A stretch of 64,000 bases of DNA from Chitinophagaceae bacterium (GCA_016706055.1 JADJKL010000006.1:21265-85264); one strand, 5' to 3'. Counted from the stretch's first letter, positions 48,047-58,147 are shown. Notes: generated from the sequence alone by a model not told the origin. Numbers and translations: made by a program.

Positions 48047-49461
48047 GAAAAATCTCGATAGGGATATTTTTGCTTTTATCAATAAATAGCATTGCACAAA
48101 ACAATTTTCAATCGCCTTTGCCTACAAGGCAACAATTGGCCTGGCATGAAAAAGAATACTATCTTTTTATGCACTTTGGGCCAAATACTTTTACAAGTAA
48201 GGAATGGGGCGAAGGAAACGAATCGCCGGAATTATTCAATCCTTCTGAAATGGATACCAGGCAATGGTGTCGCATTGCAAAAAAAGCTGGTGCAAAAGGC
48301 ATCATTATTACGGCGAAACATCATGACGGATTTTGCCTTTGGCCAAGTAAATATTCAGAGCATACGGTAAAAGAAAGCAAATGGAAAAAAGGTGATGGCG
48401 ATGTCTTAAAAGAGCTATCAAAATCCTGTCGGGAGTTTGGATTAAAATTTGGCGTTTATATTTCCCCTTGGGACAGAAATCATCCCGATTACGGAACAGA
48501 AAAATACAATGATGTTTTTGTAGGAATGCTAAAAGAGCTTTTAAAAAATTACGGACCCATTTGGGAACTATGGTGGGATGGTGCAAATGGCGAAGGTCCA
48601 AATGGTAAGAAGCAAGTTTACGATTGGCAGCGATATGAAAAAACAGTAAGAGACATTTCTCCTTCCACCCTTATTTTTAGTGATATTGGACCCGATATTC
48701 GCTGGGTAGGAAATGAAAAAGGAATTGCCGGTGAATCCAATTGGAATTTTTTAGATACGGCTGGTTTTAAACGAGGCTTGGGTGCACCACCAACCGATAC
48801 ATTGAATCATGGGAATTATTATGGCAAACAATGGATACCTGCTGAATGTGATGTTAGCATACGACCAGGTTGGTTTTGGCATGAAAAAGAAAATGATAAA
48901 GTAAAAACTGGAGAACAACTCTTTGATCTTTATTTAAAATCCGTTGGCCGTGGAGCAAACTTGTTACTGAATGTGCCACCCGATAGCAGAGGATTAATAC
49001 ATGAAAAGGATTCTGCTTCATTAATTACTTTTAAAGAATTGCGAGAAAATAGCTTCAAAGAAAATATTCTAAAAGGAGCTGATACATATTATCAATTCAG
49101 CCAGAAAGATTTCAGAAATAAACCATTATTACTTCGGGGGTTTGATACTACATCGGCTTATTATGGCATCAACTTGCAAAATTTTATAGTTGACTTTAAA
49201 AAGCCGGTTACAATTAATTGTATAGCCTTAAAAGAAGCGATTCATTTAGGGCAAACTGTAAGGAAATTCAGTATCGTCTTATACAATGGTGATAAGCCAG
49301 TTGGTGAAGTGCAAGGAACCAGTGTAGGTAGAAAAAGGATTTTGACATTCCCGACAACGACTGTTACCTCAGTTAGGGTTTATTTGGAAGATGCTCAGGG
49401 CAATGATAATATAAGAGGAATAGCTGCTTACTTGATAGATGAAAAGCTGATAGAGAAATAA
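48043..49461 (+). CDS. Alpha-L-fucosidase (GH29)
   Basis: FMHFG, TAKHHDGFCLW, WWDGA, PAECDVSIRPGWF. Confidence 0.92.
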   Translation: MRKISIGIFLLLSINSIAQNNFQSPLPTRQQLAWHEKEYYLFMHFGPNTFTSKEWGEGNESPELFNPSEMDTRQWCRIAKKAGAKGIIITAKHHDGFCLWPSKYSEHTVKESKWKKGDGDVLKELSKSCREFGLKFGVYISPWDRNHPDYGTEKYNDVFVGMLKELLKNYGPIWELWWDGANGEGPNGKKQVYDWQRYEKTVRDISPSTLIFSDIGPDIRWVGNEKGIAGESNWNFLDTAGFKRGLGAPPTDTLNHGNYYGKQWIPAECDVSIRPGWFWHEKENDKVKTGEQLFDLYLKSVGRGANLLLNVPPDSRGLIHEKDSASLITFKELRENSFKENILKGADTYYQFSQKDFRNKPLLLRGFDTTSAYYGINLQNFIVDFKKPVTINCIALKEAIHLGQTVRKFSIVLYNGDKPVGEVQGTSVGRKRILTFPTTTVTSVRVYLEDAQGNDNIRGIAAYLIDEKLIEK

Positions 49462-49499
49462 ATGTGGCAGAATTATTGCCCTTCATATTGAATAAATGA

Positions 49500-50120
49500 A
49501 TGCTTAAATACATAACCATATTTACAAACAAATTACTTCTTGTTTTTTTAATCTTTCAACTTTTATCAGGTTGTATAGATGCACAAAAACCTGCGGAGAA
49601 ACCATCGTTAAATAAAGACACCGTAAAAACTTCTACAGTAAACTATCCTGCAAAAAAAACTGTTGAGCCATACAGAAATGCCGGTATTATTGAAACAGCA
49701 GATACAAAACCAGCTGAAGTACTGTCATTTGCAAAAAAACTAATTGGCATTCCATATCTATATGCATCTACAGACCCAGTAAAAGGATTTGACTGCTCTG
49801 GTTTTATCACTTACGTATTTAATCATTTTAATATTGCAGTTCCTCGTTCATCGGTTGACTTTACGAATGTTGGAAAGGAGGTGAATTATAAAAATGCTAT
49901 GCCCGGGGATTTAATATTGTTTACCGGAACTGATAGTACCATACGAATTGTAGGACATATGGGGATTGTAGAGAGTGTTGATAACGGCACACTGAAATTC
50001 ATTCACTCCACATCGGGAAAAGCAAAAGGAGTAGTAATTACTGAGTTTGGAACTTACTATAAGAGCAGGTTTGTAAAAACAATCCGTATTTTCCCTGACC
50101 AATTCTTTACTAATAATTAA
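49500..50120 (+). CDS. NlpC/P60 (C40) peptidase lipoprotein
   Basis: GFDCSGF, GHMGI, FIHSTS. Confidence 0.92.
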   Translation: MLKYITIFTNKLLLVFLIFQLLSGCIDAQKPAEKPSLNKDTVKTSTVNYPAKKTVEPYRNAGIIETADTKPAEVLSFAKKLIGIPYLYASTDPVKGFDCSGFITYVFNHFNIAVPRSSVDFTNVGKEVNYKNAMPGDLILFTGTDSTIRIVGHMGIVESVDNGTLKFIHSTSGKAKGVVITEFGTYYKSRFVKTIRIFPDQFFTNN

Positions 50121-50137
50121 ATCCAGCGTTTACTATA

Positions 50138-51355
50138 ATGAGAAGTAAGTTTCTTTTTGTAGCTGTATTATGTTTATCTGTCTTTTTTGTGTTGGGTAAT
50201 ACTAGTTATGCTCAGCAAAAAGATGAGGCGATGGAAAAACTAATCAATGAGAATTTTTCCTTGGCAACATCTCAATATAAACTACTGGCAAAAAATACAG
50301 CGGCAGGTGAAATGCCAAGAAATTTTGTATCAAAGGAAAATAAATTAGTTACTAGTAACACCAGTTGGTGGACAAGTGGTTTTTTCCCCGGTTCTTTGTG
50401 GTATATCTATGAATATACAAAAGATACTGCTATAAAGAGTGAGGCCGAAAGAAGATTGACAATTTTAGAAAAGGAAAAATATCATACAAAAGATCATGAC
50501 CTTGGATTTATGATATATTGCAGTTTTGGAAATGCCTACCGGATTACCGGAAATCCTGTTTATAAAGAAACGGTACTAACAGCATCAGAAACATTGATTA
50601 AAAGATACAGACCTACAATTCGGGCAATCCAGTCATGGGATTCAAGTTCAAATTTTAGTTGTCCGGTAATTATTGATAACATGATGAATCTTGAAATGCT
50701 TTGCTGGTCGGCTGATGAGTTAAGGGAACCAAAATTTAAAGTAGTGGCAATTGATCATACAGCTACAACTTTAAAAAATCATTATCGGCCAGACTATAGT
50801 TCTTATCATGTGGTAGATTATGATAAAGCAACAGGAAAAATTTTAAAAAAGAAAACTGCACAAGGATTTTCTGATGAATCTGCATGGGCAAGAGGGCAGT
50901 CATGGGGTTTGTACGGATTTCTTATCATGTACCGTTTTACAAAAGAGCCATCATACCTGCAACAAGCAAAAAATATCGCATCATTTTTATTAAATCATCC
51001 AAGGCTTCCAAAAGATAAAGTGCCTTATTGGGATTATGATGCAACCGATATTCCCAATACTTACCGTGATGTATCTGCTGCGGCAATTATGTGTTCTGCA
51101 TTATTGGAATTGGGTCAGTATACTGAAGGAAAAGAAAAAGAGAACTATGTAAAAACGGGAAAGAAGCTTTTGCAAAGCCTATCTAGTAATGCATACAGGA
51201 ATAAGCCAGAAGAGAATGGCGGTTTTATTCTGAAGCACAGTGTTGGTTCTATACCTCATAAGTCAGAAGTAGATGTGCCGCTTACTTATGCTGATTATTA
51301 TTTTCTTGAAGCATTATTGCGGTATAAAAAATGGTACCTGCCGGCGAAAAAATAA
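50138..51355 (+). CDS. Unsaturated glucuronyl hydrolase (GH88)
   Basis: WTSGFFPG, HDLGF, IIDNMMNL, WARGQSW, YADYYFLEAL. Confidence 0.92.
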   Translation: MRSKFLFVAVLCLSVFFVLGNTSYAQQKDEAMEKLINENFSLATSQYKLLAKNTAAGEMPRNFVSKENKLVTSNTSWWTSGFFPGSLWYIYEYTKDTAIKSEAERRLTILEKEKYHTKDHDLGFMIYCSFGNAYRITGNPVYKETVLTASETLIKRYRPTIRAIQSWDSSSNFSCPVIIDNMMNLEMLCWSADELREPKFKVVAIDHTATTLKNHYRPDYSSYHVVDYDKATGKILKKKTAQGFSDESAWARGQSWGLYGFLIMYRFTKEPSYLQQAKNIASFLLNHPRLPKDKVPYWDYDATDIPNTYRDVSAAAIMCSALLELGQYTEGKEKENYVKTGKKLLQSLSSNAYRNKPEENGGFILKHSVGSIPHKSEVDVPLTYADYYFLEALLRYKKWYLPAKK

Positions 51356-52132
51356 TTATTCCCCTTTAAAGATTGCTTTTCTTTTTTCTAAAAAGGCGGT
51401 TGTTCCTTCTTTCATATCCTCAGTAGCGAAGGCATTGCCAAATTCTTCTATTTCCAATGCATAGCCATCTTTTGTCTCATCATACACTGCATTAGCAGCT
51501 TTTATGCAGCCTGCAATGGCCAATGGAGCTTTTGAATTAATGATGTCCAGAATTTTCTTTGTATGATCTAATAATGTTTCAGCCGTTGTAACATAGTTCA
51601 CTAATCCCAATTGCTTTGCTTCGTTAGCATCTATCAGATGTGCAGACATTAATAATTCCATCGCCTTCCCTTTCCCAATTAATTGAACCAAACGCTGTGT
51701 GCCACCATAACCAGGAATTAAACCAAGGGTTACTTCCGGTTGACCAAACTTTGCATTTTCGCTTGCCACTCTAAAATGGCAAGCCATTGCTAACTCACAT
51801 CCGCCGCCGAGTGCAAAGCCATTTACCGCTGCAACAATTGGCTTAGAACAGTTTTCTATTCTTGCAAAAATATCTTGCCCTCTTTTAGCCAGTTGCATTG
51901 CATCTTCTTTATTCAATCCACCAAACTCAGAAATGTCTGCACCGGCCACAAATGCTTTTGGCCCGGCACCAGTAATGATCACTGATTTTATTTCAGCATT
52001 GGTTTCTATTTCATCTAATGCTGAAGTCAAATCGGAGAAAACATCTTTATTTAGTGCGTTAAGTTTATCTGGACGATTGATAGCAATGGTATAGATCCCG
52101 TTGTCTAAGGAGGCAAGTAGTGTTTGATACAT
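51356..52132 (-). CDS. Enoyl-CoA hydratase/isomerase
   Basis: AFVAGADI, ALGGGCELAMAC, GQPEVTLGLIPGYGG. Confidence 0.93.
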   Translation of the reverse strand: MYQTLLASLDNGIYTIAINRPDKLNALNKDVFSDLTSALDEIETNAEIKSVIITGAGPKAFVAGADISEFGGLNKEDAMQLAKRGQDIFARIENCSKPIVAAVNGFALGGGCELAMACHFRVASENAKFGQPEVTLGLIPGYGGTQRLVQLIGKGKAMELLMSAHLIDANEAKQLGLVNYVTTAETLLDHTKKILDIINSKAPLAIAGCIKAANAVYDETKDGYALEIEEFGNAFATEDMKEGTTAFLEKRKAIFKGE

Positions 52133-52137
52133 TAGTT

Positions 52138-52248
52138 TCAAATTTTATCAAATGTAACAAATAAAAATGCACCTGCTTTGACAGGTGCTGGTTGCCCGAA
52201 GCCGCAGATAGCAAACAACAAGGGGAGAATAGTTAGTTTTAATTTCAT
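52138..52248 (-). CDS. Possible 36-aa small protein/leader peptide
   Basis: MKLKLTILPLLFAICGFGQPAPVKAGAFLFVTFDKI; signal-peptide-like; below the ORF-track cutoff. Confidence 0.3.
   Translation of the reverse strand: MKLKLTILPLLFAICGFGQPAPVKAGAFLFVTFDKI
52163..52188 (-). terminator. Hairpin + U-tract upstream of the enoyl-CoA hydratase gene
   Basis: Minus strand gcacctg-tcaaag-caggtgc-atttttattt. Confidence 0.65.
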
Positions 52249-52421
52249 GTTGGTCTTGGTTTAGTGGAAGCACAAATATGCACAAACTTGAGCATATTTG
52301 AAGATGAAGGCCGCGGTAATAATCTTTCTGTGGGGTAACAAACATAAAATATTCAAGGAAATACATTTTCTGCTCTTCAAAATGGTTTGAATATTTTTAT
52401 TTCCCGTTTCATTATATAAGT

Positions 52422-52829
52422 TTAAAAATTTCTATTTGCTTTCACCCATCCTTTTATATAATCTGCAATTTCCGAAGTGGGTGTTCCCGGCGCAAATAAT
52501 TTTCCAACGCCCATTTCATTCAGCGTTTTCATGTCGTCTTCCGGAATGATGCCACCGCCAGTTAACAACACATCATCCATTCCTTTTTCTTTCATCATTT
52601 CAATTACCTTGGGAAATACCGTCATGTGAGCACCGGAGAGAATACTGATGCCAATTGCATCCACATCTTCCTGTAAAGCTGCATTCACCACCATTTCAGG
52701 AGTTTGGCGAAGACCTGTATAAATTACTTCCATGCCTGCATCTCTCAATGCAGTTGCAATTACTTTAGCACCACGGTCATGACCGTCCAAGCCAACTTTA
52801 GCAACGAGAACTCTTACAGGTCTTTTCAT
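52422..52829 (-). CDS. Cobalamin-binding domain protein (methylmalonyl-CoA mutase small subunit)
   Basis: [27 protein letters not shown]. Confidence 0.93.
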   Translation of the reverse strand: MKRPVRVLVAKVGLDGHDRGAKVIATALRDAGMEVIYTGLRQTPEMVVNAALQEDVDAIGISILSGAHMTVFPKVIEMMKEKGMDDVLLTGGGIIPEDDMKTLNEMGVGKLFAPGTPTSEIADYIKGWVKANRNF

Positions 52830-52878
52830 ATTGTATCAAAAATACATTTCTTTAAGCAACTGATTCGTAAATTACAAT

Positions 52879-53868
52879 ATGCAATATAGAAAATTCGGAA
52901 ATACTGATTTACTGGTAAGCGAAATTGGATTTGGTGCATGGGCCATTGGTGGCGGAGCCATGATTGGAAATACTTCTATTGGTTGGGGAGATTCGGATGA
53001 TACTGTTTCTAAAGAAGCAATAAATGCTGCAATCAATAGCGGTATTAATTTCTTTGATACAGCAGATATCTATGGATTAGGGCATTCGGAAAAACTGATT
53101 GGCGAAGTAATTGGCAACAGGTCAGATATGATTATTGCAACAAAAGTGGGCAATGTTTCCCGTAATGACCAGTTTACGGTTGATTATTCAAAGGAATATA
53201 TTTTCACGGCTTGTGATGAAAGTTTGAAACGTTTGAAAAGAGAAACGATTGATTATTATCAACTCCATACTGCCCGTTTGGAACATTTGCAGCAATCTGA
53301 TTGTATTGAAGCAATGACTGTGTTGCAACAGCAAGGAAAAATTAGGTATTGGGGTTTGTCGTTGAATACATTTGACCCGTTGCCGGAGGTGGAATTTTTA
53401 ATGCAACAGAATTACGGAAATGGGTTTCAACTGGTGCTAAATATAATCAATCAAAAGACAGTACCTTTTCTAAATGAGATGAAAGAAAAGGGATATGGCG
53501 TTATTGCTAGAATGCCTTTGCAATTTGGATTACTCACTGGAAAATTTGACAAAGGCGTTTCATTTCCTGATAATGATCATCGAAAAAAAAGAGTAACGAA
53601 GGAAGTGATTGATAAAACAAATGAAGAATTAAAACAGGTTTGGGATTTATGTAAAAATTATTCCTGCACAAAAACACAATTGGCTCTTAGCTATATTCTA
53701 AGTTATGATGCAGTTTCAACAGTAATTCCTGGGATAAGAAATCCGTTGCAAGTAGAACAGAATACGACCGGTTTATTTCCTTTATCCTCAAAAGATAGAG
53801 AATTGATAGAAGCACTGGGGAATACAAAACTATTGGAAGTAATGGATTTGATAAAGCAACAAGGGTAA
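52879..53868 (+). CDS. Aldo/keto reductase
   Basis: SEIGFGAW, FFDTADIYG, IATK, IDYYQLH, IPG. Confidence 0.92.
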   Translation: MQYRKFGNTDLLVSEIGFGAWAIGGGAMIGNTSIGWGDSDDTVSKEAINAAINSGINFFDTADIYGLGHSEKLIGEVIGNRSDMIIATKVGNVSRNDQFTVDYSKEYIFTACDESLKRLKRETIDYYQLHTARLEHLQQSDCIEAMTVLQQQGKIRYWGLSLNTFDPLPEVEFLMQQNYGNGFQLVLNIINQKTVPFLNEMKEKGYGVIARMPLQFGLLTGKFDKGVSFPDNDHRKKRVTKEVIDKTNEELKQVWDLCKNYSCTKTQLALSYILSYDAVSTVIPGIRNPLQVEQNTTGLFPLSSKDRELIEALGNTKLLEVMDLIKQQG

Positions 53869-53916
53869 CTATACGCCAATAATTGATGAGCATCTTTAAT
53901 ATTGATAGTTGCCTTT

Positions 53917-55446
53917 TTAATGTGTTGAAAAAATATCCAACGCTGTTTTAATTCGGTTAATTGTTTCTCCTTTTCCAAGAACATTCGCAATATCAAAAAC
54001 CCCAGGACCGAATTTTCCACCAACCAGCATAATGCGAAAGGGCAACATGAGTTCGCCTGGTTTTAAACTATTAACTGAAGCAATTTCTTTGAAGTTGCTT
54101 TCAAGTGTTGCTGTATTCCATTGTTGAGTTAATTCATAATTACGAATCAGTTCAACAAAAAAAAGTTGTTTGGCATCATTCCATTTTGGTTTAACGGAAT
54201 CAGTGTCTAATGTTTCAGGTGCTTTAAAAAAGAAAGAAGATTGTTGTACAAAATCCGGCAACAATGTGCAACGGTCTTTTACTAATTCAATAACCTTGTC
54301 CAATAAAGCTTCATCAGCAACAGTAACACCACTTTGCTCCAGCAGTTTTTTAACTCCCGACTTAAGACTCCCAACTCCCGACTTCTTTATCCATTCATGA
54401 TTGAACCATTTCGCCTTTTCATAATCAAATTTTGCTCCGGCACTATGTACTCTTTCCATTGAAAAAGCTTCAATCAATTCTTCTAATGAAAAAATTTCTT
54501 TTTCTGTTCCATCATTCCAGCCGAGTAATGCAAGAAGGTTTATAAATCCTTCGGGTATAAATCCTTTTTCTTTAAATCCTTCAGTCAGTTCATTAGTTTT
54601 TGGATCCATCCAGTTCATAGAAAAAACAGGGAAGCCATATTTTGAACCATCTCTTTTACTTAGTTTGCCATTAGGTCCAAGTATCAATGGAAAATGTGCC
54701 CATTGCGGCATATTTTCAATTCCGAATAAATATTTCCATAATAATATATGAACCGGAGCCGATGGCAACCATTCTTCTCCCCGAAAAGCATGAGTGATTT
54801 GCATAAGACAGTCATCTACAACAACTGCGAGATGGTAAGTGGGCATGCCATCAGCTTTAAGCAATACCTTGTCATCCAGTAAAGATGAATCGAAGTGTAC
54901 TTCACCACGAATCATATCTGTAAAAGCAACCGTTTCATTTTCGGGAACCTTAATTCTTATTACATGTTCAGCGTTAGCTTCAAGCAATTTTTTTGTTTCC
55001 TCAGCAGATATAGTCAGGGAATTCTTCATTTTCATTCGCAATGTTTGATCATATTGCGGAGAAGGATTTTGTTCTGATTTATATTCAGCTCTCATTTTCT
55101 CTAATTCCTCCGATGTATCGAATGCATAATAAGCATTTCCTTCTTTTACAAGTTGTTCTGCATATTGACGGTAAGAATCTTTTCTTTCACTTTGGCGATA
55201 GGGTCCAAAGTCGCCACCGTGTTGCACACTTTCATCAGGCTCTAACCCACACCATTTAAGTGTATCAAAAATATATTCTTCAGCTCCGGCTACATATCTG
55301 CTTTGGTCGGTATCCTCAATACGTACTATAAAATCTCCACCATATTTTTGGGCGAACAGGTAATTATATAAAACGGTTCTTACGCCACCCAGGTGCAAAC
55401 CGCCGGTGGGCGAAGGTGCAAAACGAACTCTAACTTTCTTACTCAT
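53917..55446 (-). CDS. gltX: Glutamate--tRNA ligase
   Basis: RFAPSPTG-LHLGG, RIEDTD, KLSKR; start MSKKVRV. Confidence 0.97.
   Translation of the reverse strand: MSKKVRVRFAPSPTGGLHLGGVRTVLYNYLFAQKYGGDFIVRIEDTDQSRYVAGAEEYIFDTLKWCGLEPDESVQHGGDFGPYRQSERKDSYRQYAEQLVKEGNAYYAFDTSEELEKMRAEYKSEQNPSPQYDQTLRMKMKNSLTISAEETKKLLEANAEHVIRIKVPENETVAFTDMIRGEVHFDSSLLDDKVLLKADGMPTYHLAVVVDDCLMQITHAFRGEEWLPSAPVHILLWKYLFGIENMPQWAHFPLILGPNGKLSKRDGSKYGFPVFSMNWMDPKTNELTEGFKEKGFIPEGFINLLALLGWNDGTEKEIFSLEELIEAFSMERVHSAGAKFDYEKAKWFNHEWIKKSGVGSLKSGVKKLLEQSGVTVADEALLDKVIELVKDRCTLLPDFVQQSSFFFKAPETLDTDSVKPKWNDAKQLFFVELIRNYELTQQWNTATLESNFKEIASVNSLKPGELMLPFRIMLVGGKFGPGVFDIANVLGKGETINRIKTALDIFSTH
54352..54386. repeat. Heptamer tandem array inside gltX
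   Basis: aactccc gacttaa gactccc aactccc gacttct; encodes KKSGVGSLKSGVK. Confidence 0.65.
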
Positions 55447-55452
55447 AGTCCA

Positions 55453-55491
55453 CAAAGATAAACCCCAACCCCTAAAGGGGCTTTATATTTG
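55453..55491. promoter_or_regulatory. Back-to-back -7 boxes for gltX (55453-55460, minus) and the deacetylase gene (55484-55491, plus)
   Basis: TATCTTTG and TATATTTG, separated by 23 nt. Confidence 0.6.
55463..55483 (+). repeat. REP-like palindrome C, a shortened member of the ileS family
   Basis: ccccaacccct-aa-aggggctt versus B reverse complement ccccaaacccct-ccgaagg-aggggctt. Confidence 0.7.
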
Positions 55492-55497
55492 CAATTG

Positions 55498-56127
55498 ATG
55501 GCCAATTATTTTATAAAAACTCCATGGTGGTTAAAGAAAATTTATCCTGGAAGATTATGGAGTATGTCTGCAATTGAGAAAAAAATCTATCTCACATTTG
55601 ATGACGGGCCTCATCCTGTTGCAACAACTTTTGTTTTAGATGAACTGAAAAAGTATAATGCTAAGGCGACATTTTTTTGCATTGGCAAAAATGTAATAGA
55701 GCATCCGGCGATTTATAAACGAATTATTGATGAAGGCCATAGTACAGGCAATCACACTCAGAATCATTTTAATGGATGGAAAACAAGTAATGATATTTAT
55801 TTGCAAGATGTAACTGCTGCTTCAAAGCATATTAAATCAAATTTATTCCGGCCTCCTTATGGAAGGCTCCGTTCTAAACAAGCAAAGAAAATTGGTGATG
55901 CTATTGATGACAAATCTGCAAAAATTGTAATGTGGGATATATTAAGTGGGGATTTTGATGAAACATTCAGTAAAGAGCAATGTTTGAAAAACGTTATGAC
56001 GAAAACCGGTAAAGGCTCAATTATTGTTTTTCATGATAGTGAAAAAGCATTTGCCCGGTTGCAGTATGTATTACCGTTGTTTTTAAGTGATTTTGCTCAA
56101 AAAGGGTATGCTTTTAAGCGTCTTTAG
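55498..56127 (+). CDS. Polysaccharide deacetylase (CE4/NodB)
   Basis: LTFDDGP, GNHTQNH, FRPPYG, IVFHD. Confidence 0.93.
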   Translation: MANYFIKTPWWLKKIYPGRLWSMSAIEKKIYLTFDDGPHPVATTFVLDELKKYNAKATFFCIGKNVIEHPAIYKRIIDEGHSTGNHTQNHFNGWKTSNDIYLQDVTAASKHIKSNLFRPPYGRLRSKQAKKIGDAIDDKSAKIVMWDILSGDFDETFSKEQCLKNVMTKTGKGSIIVFHDSEKAFARLQYVLPLFLSDFAQKGYAFKRL

Positions 56128-56239
56128 CAAAGTTTTTAATGGGACAGGTCTAAAAAAAGTTAGGGCCTGGGTAGAAACCCTGGCCCGTTTTTAATCCGTA
56201 CCCTATGAAAACTGGTTTAAAGGTATAATAATTTTTTAA

Positions 56240-57136
56240 TTACCGCAAAGTAATTTGAAAGGTTACTCCATTTATGGTAATTGTAGCCTGATTGTCGCAG
56301 TTACCGTTACCAAAGTCCAATAAAGCGAACCAACGGGTATTGGCAGCAGCATTTCTGCGAACTGTCCTTACTTTCCCCTTCACAATCCAACGGCAATTAA
56401 ATCTTTTAATTAGAGGTTCAGTAATGTTTGATTCCCAAAGAACTATAAGATTGCCTCTTCTTACTTTGCCGGTAGAGTTTCCTTCTATTCTGAAAATATC
56501 ATCAAGCGGATTATTGGTGGCAAGACCTTCAAATTGAGTAATTTCTTTATGGCTATCCCATTCAACAAAGTTTCCGCTAGGCTTAGTCAATTTAGCATTA
56601 GTTACATCTACTTTAAACGAACGACTCGTTGGTGGGAAACCAGCAGGACTGGTATTGGTAATTTTATGGTTCCCTTCCACTTTTATGCTGTCAAAATAAA
56701 AACCTTCGAAAGTTGTGGTGGCTATACTCCCAGGTATAATTAGGCGACCAGTGTAGACAGTACTTACCTTTCCTTTTCTATAATGTCCGTCTCTACCAAT
56801 ACACCCAATATCTCCAAAATCAAGTGTAATTCTTACCGGAAAAGCATTTGGAAGGCCCAACCTTTCAATTATAACATCGGGACATGCTGTAACACGGCCA
56901 AATACTCCAGTTCCAGCAATTCCAACTTCATCATTTACACCCATAGCGTCATCAAAAACGCCGTTAAATACTATTTCAGCATCGCCATCTGCTTCGCTGG
57001 AGGCTTTTGCAGCTTCAACTTCTTCTTGATCAACAGTTCCTGATTGGCTATTTTCTTTCTGACAGGCTGTGAAAATCAGTAGAAATGAAAAAAATGCAAT
57101 TGCGGATAGCTTTACTGGCATTGACCTGAGTTTCAT
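56240..57136 (-). CDS. Hypothetical beta-rich lipoprotein
   Basis: Lipobox FTAC; 298-aa open frame; hairpin at 56163-56186 downstream. Confidence 0.75.
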   Translation of the reverse strand: MKLRSMPVKLSAIAFFSFLLIFTACQKENSQSGTVDQEEVEAAKASSEADGDAEIVFNGVFDDAMGVNDEVGIAGTGVFGRVTACPDVIIERLGLPNAFPVRITLDFGDIGCIGRDGHYRKGKVSTVYTGRLIIPGSIATTTFEGFYFDSIKVEGNHKITNTSPAGFPPTSRSFKVDVTNAKLTKPSGNFVEWDSHKEITQFEGLATNNPLDDIFRIEGNSTGKVRRGNLIVLWESNITEPLIKRFNCRWIVKGKVRTVRRNAAANTRWFALLDFGNGNCDNQATITINGVTFQITLR

Positions 57137-57249
57137 ATATTATTTTTTGTTTGATTATGATTTAACGGGATTATGATAGGTTTTATTAGCATAGGTTTAA
57201 CGGTTCCTGCTTTTTTTTGCGGAATTTTGTCGACTAAAGTTATTTTAGA

Positions 57250-58023
57250 ATGAACCTTATTGATACACATTCGCATATTTATCTGCCCGAATTTGCAGAA
57301 GACCGAACAGAGATGTTTGAAAGAGCTGAAAAGGAGGGAGTTAGAAAAATATTATTACCGGCCATCGACTCATCCTCTCATAGAGATATGATTAAATTAG
57401 AAACTGCAAATAAGGAGTTATGTATAGCAATGATGGGTCTGCACCCTTGTTCTGTTAAGGAAAATTTTGAGGATGAGCTCAAAATAGCCAGAGATTATTT
57501 AGAAAAACGCCGTTTTATAGCTGTTGGCGAAATTGGGTTGGATTTTTATTGGGACAAAAGTTTTACTGAACAACAATATACAGCCTTTCATAAGCAGATT
57601 GAATGGGCTTTGGAATTTGATTTACCAATTGTAATTCATTCCCGCAATTCAACAGACGAGTGCATTAGTGTGGTAAAAGAGCATCAAAAAGGAAAACTCA
57701 GCGGTGTATTTCATTGTTTTTCCGGAGATGCTAATCAAGCTAAAAAAATTATTGATCTTGGTTTCTATATAGGAATAGGAGGAGTGGTTACTTTTAAAAA
57801 TTCAGGATTAGATAAAGTGATGGAACAGGTAAGTCATGAGCATATTGTATTAGAAACAGATGCTCCTTATCTGGCTCCAGTGCCTTTTCGAGGAAAAAGA
57901 AATGAGCCTTCTTATCTTAAATATGTAGTGGAGAAATTAGCAATGATAAAAAATATTTCCACCGATAAAATAGCTGAAATAACTACTGCAAATGCTGAAA
58001 AACTGTTTCTCCTCTCGGCCTGA
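57250..58023 (+). CDS. tatD: TatD family hydrolase
   Basis: DTHSH, GLHP, GEIGLD, IHSR, FHCFSG, ETDAPY. Confidence 0.95.
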   Translation: MNLIDTHSHIYLPEFAEDRTEMFERAEKEGVRKILLPAIDSSSHRDMIKLETANKELCIAMMGLHPCSVKENFEDELKIARDYLEKRRFIAVGEIGLDFYWDKSFTEQQYTAFHKQIEWALEFDLPIVIHSRNSTDECISVVKEHQKGKLSGVFHCFSGDANQAKKIIDLGFYIGIGGVVTFKNSGLDKVMEQVSHEHIVLETDAPYLAPVPFRGKRNEPSYLKYVVEKLAMIKNISTDKIAEITTANAEKLFLLSA

Positions 58024-58050
58024 ATCTGTATTTTTGCAATCCTTTAAAAA

Positions 58051-58137
58051 GGAGACTTGTCCGAGTGGTTGAAGGAGCACGCCTGGAAAGTGTGTATACG
58101 GGAAACTGTATCAAGGGTTCGAATCCCTTAGTCTCCG
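58051..58137 (+). tRNA. tRNA-Ser(GGA)
   Basis: Acceptor GGAGACT/AGTCTCC+G, anticodon loop CT-GGA-AA, long variable arm, GGTTCGAATCC; -7 box at 58029-58036. Confidence 0.96.
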
Positions 58138-58147
58138 CTATATTTTT

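Noticed and set aside
57150-57210. Short repeats (tttaacgg, attatgat, ataggttt) upstream of the lipoprotein gene
   Set aside because: Spacing is inconsistent and such matches are expected in AT-rich DNA
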